A stretch of 64,000 nt of DNA from assembly GCA_010909165.1 (NCBI GenBank), contig MU008162.1, positions 124,001 through 188,000 of the forward strand. The letters are read 5' to 3'. Source of the stretch: Anthoceros angustus. Lineage: Eukaryota > Plantae > Anthocerotophyta. A program made the translations under genes and the position numbers. The notes below the pieces were generated by a model. The model was not told where the DNA came from. It searched no databases and saw only the letters and a program-made list of their open reading frames with translations. Of the stretch, positions 23,161 through 35,414 are shown one piece after another. Positions within the stretch are counted from its first letter, which is position 1. Each line of letters begins with the position of its first letter.

Positions 23161-23462
23161 TGTTCTAGTATAGTGGTCGAGTATGTAAGTCTGTTGATAT
23201 TTGGGCTCGATTCTGGTTTTAGTTTAGTGGTTGAGTATGTAGCCTACTAATATTGAGCTCGATTCTCGGCAATGAGATTCTTTTATGCTTTGCTTTTCTT
23301 TTCTAAGGTACGTACCGAGATTGTTTCAAAACATAAAGGCTTTTTTTTTTTTGTCGGGAATGTAAACTAGCAACACTGAGCTCGTTGGATAGCACAATAG
23401 TTGAGTACATTCAAGCCAGACCGGTAGATTCTCGGGTTCGATTGAGGAAATCGAGAAAAAAA
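23161..23462 (+). mobile_element. Degenerate tRNA-derived (SINE-like) fragments, three heads
   Basis: A-box/B-box-like pairs: tagtatagtggtcgagtat...gggctcgattct (23166-23214); tagtttagtggttgagtat...gagctcgattctcggcaatg (23220-23275); tagcacaatagttgagtac...cgggttcgatt followed by an A-run (23381-23462). The ends resemble tRNA-Asp, but no complete cloverleaf forms. Confidence 0.45.
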
Positions 23463-26166
23463 CTTCTACATGTTTGGTTGTTGTCACAATTTTGAAACAT
23501 TTGACATGTCTTCAAATATCTTCAATGCCCTTGATCAAGATGCAAACCTCTCTTTCAGTATGAAGTATGTGGTGAGCAAGAAGGGAAACATATGATTTCA
23601 ACATGCTCATGAGTGGGATTTTTCTAAACCTTGAAAAAGCAGCGCTTGCACAAATTAGGTTTATTCCGCTGAATCAAGCCTTCGGCCTAAAAGTGTAGTT
23701 TTTCAAAGAAAATTTGAGAAATACTAATTACATAGAAGGTGTGAATTTGTGGGAAAATTCGACCTCATGATACCTTATATCGTCATACAATGCATGTTAA
23801 AAAAGGAAAAATGCACAAAACTGCATATATCATTTTCAAGAAACCTTAATATTTGCGCACGGAAGTGAAAAACCCAAAAAAAAAAAATGTAAATGCATGA
23901 TATGCTATTGGTCCGAAAGTTACAACCTAACCCACCATTAGAACCGTTAAAACCAATACCACCTAGAATGATCAGTAGTAACCCTCCATCCAACGCCCAC
24001 CGTACTCCACAAACAAAACAGCATGGTGAGGATGTTGCACACCAGCACATCAACCCACGTGTAAAATTGGAGGTGGCTTCCACGCCTTGACAACAACCAG
24101 CTCAAATTGCCTATTTATTTGGCTCTCCGCTCGCCTCTCCCGACGTTTCGTAGACTGACACCCACCACCACTGCCACCCGATATTTGTGCAAGGAGGATA
24201 GTTAGCACACATAAGCATGCACAATTGAAATAAAGCAACACACAAATGGCAAGCCCGAGCATGCGTAGTCTCCACAATTGGCACTAGACAGAAGCGAAAC
24301 AAGGCAACACATAAACCAAGTCCCTCTGCCGCACTATGAAGAACATGAAATGGAGTCACACCACAAGTGCCGATGGTCCGATGAAGTGTAAAGCCATTTC
24401 AATTTGACGTGTTTGCAACTAGGAAAGCATAATTTGACAGCGTAAGGGGCTGTTTCCGTTTCACTTGTTAGTAATTCAAACTTTACTTATATTACTTACC
24501 TTTTGATAGACATTATATATATGAATAGACCAATATCTTGGTAGAGCATGGTTTATTTTTTTATTTTATAAATTTGCTACCTAATCCTGCATATGCCCCC
24601 ACCACTTATTCTTACCGTGGTCACCGTCGAAATCTCCTTCCATTTCTTTGTCGTGGGGAAGAATTATCTTACAACATTCCACCACAGCTCGAAGGTGGGA
24701 GAAGGGAATAACATAATCATAGACAAAGCATTCAAAATAGATTCACTACGCATCACTTATATTTTTAATGTGATTTTCTAGACTAGCTTCAGTTGTTAGA
24801 CAATCTAAGTAAACAAACTATCTAACAAAGCCATGGCAGATCATTGCTTTGATACCTAGTTAGACATGTTATGCGAGAGCGTATTGAATTAAGCGGAAGA
24901 TATAGTAATAATGAATAATAGTTTGGGTTTATAGGTGGGCATTCAAATGGTTATGAAGGATTGTGTCTTTTTGCTAGCCTCCTAGTTAACTGATTACATT
25001 ACAAGTAGCTTAGGCTTAGTTAGACGTAACCAGCGTGGGCTGCTTACTATATGCGCCGGTATACATGGTATGTCTATATGTACAAGCACACCCCAATAAT
25101 GATGACTTGATAATTAAGCCAAATGACCTGTGCTCATATGAAGCAATGTACATAATTAGTCTTTGTATCTACCTCCTACTATACATATACATATGACCCT
25201 TGTTGTACACTATACATGTACATTTGACCCTTGTTGTACAAACACCTCGTATGTGTCACGTCAACAGAATACGATTGGAAAAAATATGCCTTATTATAAA
25301 ACATAGCCCAAAAATCCCCATTGTAAAACAAATCAGAGCCAAAAAGATATCTTTACGTGATTTTGACTGTTTGTGCATTGACCTCTCGCTTAGTGGTGGG
25401 GGCAACTAGTGAGCTGAGATTGGCTTTCCACCAAGTAGTGGAGCATGTGGCATCCACGTCTGCACTCTTTGCCCCGTCCCGCTTTTCCATCAGACTGTTT
25501 TGCTGAAAATCTCACTATTTTTTGTAAGCTTGTCTTCTGTTTAAAGGGATGGTTTGGGACATTGTACATCATTACATTTCCTTGTGAAACTTTGATAGTA
25601 TCTTTTAGGGTTTCCTCTTTAAGGTTTAGCGTCTAGTTTGACAAGGGTTTTTCTAGAGAGGTTTATATACCTGTTTTCCTTCTAGTATCATGGATAATTT
25701 TACATTCTATTTAGTCTTTGCTTTCCTCATGGCTATGCAAGTTACTCTTTTTATAAAAACAATAACTACACAATCTTTACTCCTAGTTCATGCACATTAC
25801 CAACGTTCTGTTCTATTCGATTCTACGTTCAAAAATCTGAGTTTCCCGGCATAACCAGGTTTCCCCAACTCGGGAGCTGCTAGCGGTTTGCAAATTCGGC
25901 ACCCCAAGCGTAAACTACGGGCTCTCTTGCAGGAGCCAAAACTAGTAGTGTGTGTCACGCCCCGTTCATTAAGACCTTTAGTTTGTAGTGACTCCTAGGT
26001 CCGGGCTCGTGCGAAACTGCCCTAAGTTCAACAAACCCATCCGGGTCACGCAAAACAGAATCCATTCGGCTACCTCACACCAAGAACTACAGGGATCCGT
26101 CTTGCCCAAACTTTGCCTGACTTGCCACATCCAGGTCACAGTACTTCAAAATTCCATCTACAAGGC

Positions 26167-26294
26167 AAAATCGGTTGGTAGTTTTGAAATGTGTGAACGT
26201 AGGGCTAGTCCCCCTAGCATGGTGCCCTTCATTGGGTTTTTGTCCTTTGTTTTTGGGATGGATGAGTTTTTTCCATCTCTTTTTTATAATAAAG
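26167..26294 (+). mobile_element. Second, shorter 5'-truncated copy of the RLE-LINE (3' UTR only)
   Basis: ttggtagttttgaaatgtgtgaacgtagggctagtcccc...tataataaagtct aligns to 17556-17684. It is flanked by the exact 10-bp direct repeat tctacaaggc (26157-26166 and 26295-26304). Confidence 0.85.
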
Positions 26295-27052
26295 TCTACA
26301 AGGCTGAATGAATATACTCAAGCTTATTTTCCTAATTCTCCATGCGTTTCGAGGAATCGAGCTTTCCTAAATTCGGGAAAACTCCCATGCCATTTTCAAG
26401 GCTCGGAATGCGACTTTGAGAGTCCCCTCAAAATTCCTTGGGTATTTGCTTAAAAAATCCAAACAATTTGAATTGTTGATATGTATTCGAGTTGATATGC
26501 CTTTGTCTATGTCGCTGTATCCGGCTGGGTGGTGTGACCACCCATGTCTGTTTGGTGACTTTCTCTCTGCCTGCGACATGATCCAGACTTGGTTTGTAAT
26601 TTATCTATTTTGTATAAAGTAAAGGTATTTAAAAAAAAAACTTTCGTCATTGATATGGAGCAGGCACGTGCATGCAACTGAGCTGGCCAATGCATTTGTC
26701 GACTCTGCGCTAAAGGCGTGTAAGCGCAGTTTTGGAACAAGAGCTTTGGCGAACCAGGCTGCTGCGGTCTTGGATTATGGTTTACAAGCCTATTCGAATG
26801 CATCGCGAGTTGGAAAATTTGGAACTCGTGTGAATGGTTGAGTTCTGGTAGTAGAAGAGGATGATTTTTGGTGAAACGGATGGATCCGACTCCCGAACCG
26901 AGGTCTCTTCATCAGAGAGCTCTCAGTTGACAAGAAACTTACGAGCTTCTATCAAGGGAGGGCTATGGGCGAAGGATGCCAAGAACAAGATTAGGTCAAA
27001 GGCGTGTGGTATGCATTCTGGAAGAAGCAGATCGCATTCACGTTAGACGGGC

Positions 27053-28217
27053 ATGAGTTCCAGTGGAGCCGGTCCAGAGAAGCTTCAGGAGTACAGGGTA
27101 GTGGTCCCCTGTCTGCCTCTCTACGATTCCCCGCTCTGCACCCGCCTGGCAACACAAGCATGGGAAGGCCGGCACCTGATCATTGTGATGACCTCCTCTG
27201 GTGACACCCGCGCAAGCCGCTCGGTTGAGCTGCCGCATCTGTCCAGGTCACAAGCCCTAACCCCAGGCCTCACTTGATTTACACTCGGAGATACTGACTT
27301 GGCCACGGCATCCAAAGCCAATCTCGGAGAATGAGAATGACGTGTGTGCTACTCTCAGGTCCCCGATCAAGGTGAGTCTTTGTGAAGACGGTTACCAGTG
27401 TTGGTTGGCCCCGGAGGACCTGGATGCCATCGTCCCAGTTCCTGAGCATCTGCATTACCGGGCACAATTGCTTCCAGAGAAGGAAGTGAGGTTGAGGACC
27501 GCCCTTGTCGTAGACTTCGTCATGGTGGCGTACAAAACTGAAAACAGTTATCTTTGGGGAGGAACTTGCGGACCCAACTATGACTGCAGTGGTTTAGGTG
27601 ATTTTTGGATGAGACTTCCCTGCACGCTGCGTCAGTCGGATTTCACTCTTTCTGATGAGATGGGTCTAGTTGTGTGAACTTGGCAGTACAAAGAGCGTTC
27701 GCAGCCGCTGGCATTTGGGTGCCGAGGGATGCTTACCAGCAGGTGATGTTTTGGGTTACGGGGCTGCTGCGATCCTGAACCTCCCTCCCCTGAAATGAGT
27801 TTCTTGCTCTTGTTCAGGAGGGTTTTGCGCAGCGGGTACCAAACAGCGACGTGCAGACTGGCGATCTGGTATTGCTGCTGCGTTCCTCGCACCTACACCC
27901 TTCAGTGACGAGGACAGGACACCTAAACTATTTTCTGAACCCATAGCATGGTGCAGGTCTTCTTCGGTAGTAGCAAAGCAACTCACGTCGGCATCATTTT
28001 GGATGACGCGTTGCCTGAGGTCCACAAGAACAACTCCGCGTTGTACGGCCCCGAACGTCTGCCTCCTGTGAGGTTCATACACAGCTCTGGCAAGGAACAT
28101 GGGCATGGAAGGATCGAAGTGGATAATCTAGGCCTGCCACGGGGTCCTGTTGCCATGCACTACTGTTCCGCGTACAGGGGAGCTGGAAGAGTGTTGCAAG
28201 TCTTCTCCCCTCCGTAG
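27053..28217 (+). CDS. Cyanobacterial-type SH3b + NlpC/P60 cysteine peptidase (gamma-D-Glu-diamino acid endopeptidase / dipeptidyl-peptidase VI-like); exons 27053-27246, 27359-27597, 27687-27742, 27818-27868, 27957-28217
   Basis: Spliced product: LPLYDSPLCTRLATQAWEGRHL...VSLCEDGYQCWL...NSYLWGGTCGPNYDCSGLVQRAFAAAGIWVPRDAYQQEGF...GDLVFFGSSKATHVG...FIHSSGK...YRGAGRV. The Cys-His-His triad is intact and four GT-AG introns restore the frame. The first donor site is the least certain. Confidence 0.9.
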
Positions 28218-28682
28218 GACTCGAGCACAAGTGAGTTGTTGCAGCCTATTACCAAGAACCCATACTACAGCTGATGGGTACAGTCACATTTCTCGACTCA
28301 TGTCAGTAGACGAAGTCCCCCTTCACGTCAGCCAGACAAGTCATTCAAGCACATCCCCATTGGCCCGGGAGCTGCCTGACGTTGGCCAAGCTGCTTTCAG
28401 AAGAAACCAGCAACACCTTCGGACAAAACCTCACGGCACTTTTCCCTGCTTAGACACAGCAGAGGTTTGTGACCGCCTTCACAATTACAAAACGCTACAG
28501 CAACATCTGAAACAGTTGCAGGCCATCGCTACCTGAGCTTGGCACGCTGCTCTGGGAACAGCGCCTGGGTGCGAGCTGCCTGATCCTACTCTCATGCTAG
28601 GCGGTGGCCTCACAGTTTTCGTGAGAAGTTCCACCTGCTAGCCCGTCTAACTCATGACCCATGCCATGCGAGGATCAATGAC

Positions 28683-29926
28683 TCATATTTTCCTCCTCTT
28701 CAAAAAAGTTAACTTATCATCCACACTCCCTGGATCAATCTGCAACAAACGTAGCACCGGTCAGTGCAGGACGATATGGGAAGTCGACCGCTCCAATGCA
28801 GCCACAATAACCCTAGGCAGGTTGCCAGTAGTCATCCCGGCAACGCTCAATAAATACAAGAAACCCGCAATATTCACATACCTTATCTTCGGCGATTAGT
28901 AGCATCTGTCTGACTTCATCATCTTCTGTCAGATCGGCTGGAGTCTGCAGAGGAAACGACTCATCTCCGTTAGTACTCAGGCTCTTGTCTGATCACATGG
29001 CACGTCGATCGTACATGTGCCAGGAAACCAATCCGCAACCTGATAGGAGTTATTCTTCAAATTCGGCAAAGCTCCGTGATTTAACAATTGGCGCACAACA
29101 TCCGCATGGTCACCCCGTGCGGCATGATGCAGGGGCTGCATGTACATCACACGAGATGTTTCATCTGCAACTGCACAGAAGAGACTGCGGCCATGAAGAT
29201 AAATGGATTACTCCAAGGTCCGTTCCACAAACCGTGTCACCATCTGTATCGGTAGCTTGCAAAACCCGTACGAGCTCCTCCTGGCTCTTGGTAGCTCTCA
29301 ACAACATCTGAACAATTCCATCGAACCCTGCACTCCCCAAAACACCAGCCCCGCTCATAACGCCGGAATTCGCCAAACCCACCGAGCTTGGATCCGGTAC
29401 ATAACCAGCTGGAACAAGGATAACTCACCCCCGGCAGCGGCATCATGCAAAGGCAGAGCCCCATCCTCATCCCTGACATCCACGCTTGCTCCAGCTGCTA
29501 ACAGAAGCTGCAGGTCACCAGTCATTCTAGCCTGACCACCATCCCCGCCAAGTTACAAACCTAAACCATTTCATTACCTGGGCACACGGCATATGGCCAT
29601 AGAGGCATGCAAGGTGCAGTGCTGTATCACGGTCCTCGCCATACGAATCAACATTTACTGTCAAATTACCTGCAAACAGAACCCAATTCCGCCTTCAACA
29701 CACGGAACGGAGCGGAACACCATCAGACCGACCAATCATTGCAGAACACAGGATCACAACCTAACGCGCGGGACAGGCTCTCCGCGTTTCCAGCCTCAGC
29801 CGCAGAGAGAACAGCTTGCAGGTCCTCAGAAACCTCCACTGCCTCATCTCCCAAGCTTCCGATCCAGTCTTCATCTCCTTCTCCATTCGCCCTCGCACCC
29901 ACATCAGAACGCTGTGGAACAGCCAT
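28683..29926 (-). CDS. Ankyrin-repeat protein (multi-exon)
   Basis: Exon fragments AAEAGNAESLSRAL / DRDTALHLACLYGHMPCAQ / LLLAAGASVDVRDEDGALPLHDAAAGG / DTDGDT-PLHHAARGDHADVVRQLLNHGA / TPADL are separated by GT-AG introns. The last exon is tentative. Confidence 0.8.
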
Positions 29927-30048
29927 GGGAGCAACACGGCAGCCGCAAACTAGGAAGGCGCACCCTCGCCTTCTCACCACAAATACATGTAACAGAGTAC
30001 GAAATTTCCTCTACCTTTAAGAGTCTCGGGCCTACCTAGGGCAGCCCT

Positions 30049-31190
<1,142 letters not shown>

Positions 31191-31620
31191 ACAATCAGAT
31201 GTGCATCTTACATGTACATCAGAATACTAGTCCAACATTGTGAACTGAGAATGGTATACGCGGTGCAGCTAGGGATAGTGCGACATTGTCGTCCTACTGT
31301 CGAACAGAGAGACTGTATTGTTGTAAGAGTTTCCAGCTCTCTGGCATTTTTGACATCCAGACCCTTCATGAACTGGGTGCTAAAGCCAGTGCGAGATCAA
31401 CCCCTTGATTAATCGGTATTTGATGCCAAGGCTGGTCTGTCACCACGGCGGCTTCGTCCCGCTCCCATTCGGGGCCATGCTGAGGCCCACCACCACTCCT
31501 GGGTAATAGAACTTTGTCCACCCCTGGAAACATCAAACGATGGACGTCGTATTCTTAATATCCCCATCAAACAATGGGCATCGTAATGTTAATATTCCTT
31601 TGTTCTCATCGGTATCTTTT

Positions 31621-31676
31621 GACTAGGTTCATACATACTGACTAGGTTCATACATACTGACTAGGTTCATACATAC
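31621..31676. repeat. 19-bp tandem repeat x3
   Basis: gactaggttcatacatact is repeated three times. Confidence 0.9.
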
Positions 31677-32449
31677 ACATCCATATTGTATATAGATACA
31701 TGCACATATGCGTCATGGTTGGATGTCATCAGCGTGGTTTTACATCACACCGCCGGTGACAACATAGCACTTTCTTATTGGCAGACTCTTCCTAGGTACT
31801 TTACACTCGCCGGAGATACTGAGGTGGTTGCACCATCGTGGCGCCAATGGCTGTGGCTGAGGTGTCAGAGCACCACCTACCCTTGAGGGCCGGTGGTGTC
31901 TGACACGCACTACCAAGCATTGATTACACCAATAATAAAAACCCATGCAAAACTGTAATCAACGTTGATAAACATGCATTACCAGAAAGGGTAGGCACTT
32001 TGTGTTTTGTGAGTCGTGACGGCGATGTTGGTAGGAGCGGGCGATGTTATTGTGTATGAAGCGGTAGAGACCATCAAGGTGAACAAGCAGACATCAAATT
32101 GGCGGCTGCAAGGGATACGTAGATACCAATCTGGCAACTACCAGGCAAAAAGCAGCCACCAATTTGGTAGCTACAAAGGCACAGGTAGGCCACAATCTCA
32201 CAGCTGCAGAAATCAGTGCGCCATAACAGAGCATCCACATCTGGGTTCAAGCATCTCAGATACATTCCACAGTTTAGAACGCAAAGCTTGCAAGTGCCTC
32301 TGAAGCCTTCGTTGCTATTTGGCTACTCTCTGCAGCTTACAAGGATGTTTAGACCAAGACGAAGGACCGGTCCGGGACTCCGGGAGATCAGTAGAAGAAG
32401 ACTTTTGTCACGTTTTTTTTCCTCTGTATTCGGTCAGAGGCAGAGGAGG

Positions 32450-34215
32450 GTTCCAGTTTTCTACATTTCAAGAGCATCGAGGAGGCACGGAATTTCATGG
32501 GCCACTTTGGCACTACAGACATTGACAATCTTGTCGTCGACTTGCAAGGTACAGTGTGGAAACATCATCCGGATGACAATATTAGTGTGGGTATATGGAT
32601 GCGGTTCAATGTTGCATTTGTGTTTCACAAGTCCGTTGCTGATCAGTCGTTTTATTTGGGGATTCAGACCCCGTTCATGCTTCAGACCTGTTTGACACAT
32701 GGTAAGAATAATGTGCTCAGGATTGATTCTACGTTTGGTATAAGCCAGTACAAGTACCAGCTCTTCACAATTATGGCATTCGACCTTCACATAAATGGTA
32801 TTCCGGTAGCGTGGATTTTAGCAAAGGACGGTACAAGTGACACCATAGCCAGGTGGCTGATGTCTTTTCATGAGGTTCTATTAAGTAAGGATGCAACTTG
32901 GTTGCCCTCCGCAATATTGGTTGATGATTGTGCAGTTGAGATTGCTGCAATTCGAAAGGTTTACAATTGCAGTGTTCCTTTTCTACTTTGCCTCTAGCAT
33001 GTGCGTCGTGCTTGGCTCCGTAATCTTATTAAGAAAGTCCAAAACAGGGTAGATAAGGAAGCCATATGGCAGGAATTAGGTGAACTGATGTACGTGAAGA
33101 GCTTCAGCACATCAATTCGAGATACAATTCGGGAGGGTGAGCAGTTGCTATTTTCCTTCTATGCCAAGTGGGAGAAACGGCAACCCGCATTCGTGAGCTA
33201 TTTCAGAACAACATGGGGTGCACAACTAGGTTAGTCCATATCTCCAGCCTCGTATTCTCCCTTTTCAAGCTTGTGCACATACACATCTTCACAAGGCCTG
33301 TTTTGATTGCAGGCATGTTCATAAAAAATGCCCGCATGCAGGGCAAGACTGTGCCTTCGCTATAGAGATAGGACATTGGTTTTTTAAGTAGAAACTTAGT
33401 CTTACGAGGGCATCTCTTCATGACAGACGAGTAGACTGGCTGTTACATCAATTGTGCTTCATGATTGCGTCCCATTATTGGTATGTGAACCATTCCAAAG
33501 AAGGAGATTATGTGGTTAACACAGCCGAGGAGAAATTCGTGCACACTGCAATAGATGGAGCAACTCTGATTGAGGATGATAATGTTACTTTGCTTTCCCC
33601 ACCTTGTACCGCGGCTTTATGCAAGAGTTCAACAGATGCCCTTGTGGCATATACATTTAAGAATGCAGATTCCATGTGGGCTACATGTAAGTGTGCTCAA
33701 GGGAGGAAAGGCTTTATTTGTAAACACATCGTGAAAGTGCAGGATATGCTTGGAGTGCTCTCATACACACTCCGGATGAAACTTCAGTATACAACAACGA
33801 ATGATCTGGTAATTCAGGAGCCCGTAACAACTCTTGCTTTTGTGATAGTAGAGAATAGGTGATGGAAAGTATTTCGTGCAACCTACAACCCGTTGTGGAG
33901 GGTGTTTTATGTAACGAAGGCGGAACTGAAGATCAGATTCACTTCCTGGAACAAGATTGCAATGCTATTGTGAATTTGATGCACAAGAATAAGGAAGTCG
34001 TGGGGGATGCACCACTTTTGGTGAAACGTACACTCATGGATGTCCAACGTTTGATTGCATATGAGCAGGAAATGCCTGTAGCACGGCAGCCTCTTCGAGC
34101 ATTCACCACCAACGAGGGAGACAACAACATCGTCAAGACTAAGCCATTCTTCTCACCATCGAAGAAAACGAAGGAGAGAGTTACTTGGAAGTTATTAGCG
34201 GACAAAGAAAACTAG
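32450..34215 (+). pseudogene. Mutator-like (MULE) DDE transposase with SWIM zinc finger, inactivated
   Basis: IDSTFGISQYKYQLFTIMAFD...GIPVAWIL...ILVDDCAVEIAAIR...LLCL*HVRRAW, where the conserved CxWH Trp codon has become TAG at 32995-32997. The SWIM finger reads TCKCAQGRKGFICKH. Further frame breaks follow. Confidence 0.85.
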
Positions 34216-34786
34216 CGTAGGTGTAGGTGCTAGTAATGTCTCCCTTCAGATGTTTTGACCAATGCTGCAATTAATCAAAAACTCAGTCTTGGTGATCGTC
34301 CTCTCCGCTCGTCGTGGTGATTGTCCTCTACGCTTGCCTCAGTGCGTCCCAGCCGCGCATGCCTGAACGTTGTGCGTGCCGACGAGTTCGACTTTGTATC
34401 GTGCCGCGGTATCGCCGTGGTATTCAAGATGACGGGAACTTGAATTAGTTCCTTGCCCGGGTCTTGGCCGCTGGGTTGGCACGGATCGAGAGAGAGGGCG
34501 GGAGAGGAAGGCCATGCTCATGGCATGGCATGTCGATTCGCCAGCCGCACTGGCGAACCGATATTTAGGCCTAGCCCACGATATGCACTTGCTGGGCTAT
34601 TTTCCGGATAGCAATTGCCTCCAAAAGGCGTGGTATCCACTTTCAAGGGCTATCTTCCGGACAGTAGCAACGACTAGAGATGCATCCTCCTCTAGTTCAA
34701 TAATATGTAGGCTTGTAGGCGCTCTAGCCGACTTTAGTCAAGGAGTGTTTCCGACTAGTTCAGTAATATGTAAGCTTGTTGCTCCT

Positions 34787-35015
34787 TAGTAAGCTATAGT
34801 AAGCTTAGTAAGCTATAGTAAGTAATATGTAAGCTAGTTGCTCCTTCTTTTCCCTGTGACCCTTAGAGCTTAATTACTCCTCTTGACCCTTGGAGCTTAA
34901 TTGCTCTCATTTCTCCTTTGCCGCTTAGTTGCTCCTTCTTTTCCCTGTGACCCTTAGAGCTTAATTACTCCTCTTGACCCTTGGAGCTTAATTGCTCTCC
35001 TTTCTCCTTTGCCGC
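34787..35015. repeat. tagtaagc microrepeats plus 91-bp tandem duplication
   Basis: 34835-34925 is nearly identical to 34926-35015. Confidence 0.88.
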
Positions 35016-35414
35016 GACTCGGATCTACCTTTCATTTCCTTCAGCAAGTGGGTTCACCCATCTCCTCCATTTTGCTTAAGGTTCATCCATCTCCTCCATC
35101 TTTAATAAAAGATATTCCAGGTAGTGCGTGGCTAAGTGATCTTATTATTGATTAACTATTCCAGGCAATGTGTGGCGAAGTGGTCGTATTGTAGGTAAAA
35201 ACTATTCCAGGTAGTGCGTGGCTAATTGGTCGTATTATTGGGTAAATATCCCCCTGGGAAAAAAATTGGCGTCGAGAATTTTCCGCCGAAGTCACCTGAA
35301 TGCGGTGGTGCAAGCCCGACCCAAAATTGAGAGTAACGCCAAGTGGGCCAGAACCTACTCTACTGCTGCTGGTGCTGTCTACAGGCTACGATTCGAATCG
35401 TCTACGCGCTGTTG

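Larger units (their letters stand above)
31904..35255 (+). mobile_element. Approximate extent of the decayed Mutator-like element
   Basis: The right end has three ~45-bp subterminal repeats (tattccaggtagtgcgtggctaa..., 35113-35250). An inverted degenerate match, cacgcactacc...ccaataataa, lies at 31904-31940. The boundaries are uncertain. Confidence 0.45.

Noticed and set aside
23161-23462. Functional tRNA genes
   Set aside because: The anticodon and T arms do not pair into a cloverleaf. Kept only as SINE-like remnants.
24600-24720. Minus-strand GDFDGD, resembling the RNA polymerase/RDR catalytic motif
   Set aside because: It lies in a short frame bounded by stops with no other polymerase motifs. 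Another frame gives an equally weak Kelch-like string, so chance is likely.
27053-28217. Bacterial contamination as the source of the NlpC/P60 gene
   Set aside because: The gene has four frame-restoring spliceosomal introns and is contiguous with plant genes and plant TEs.
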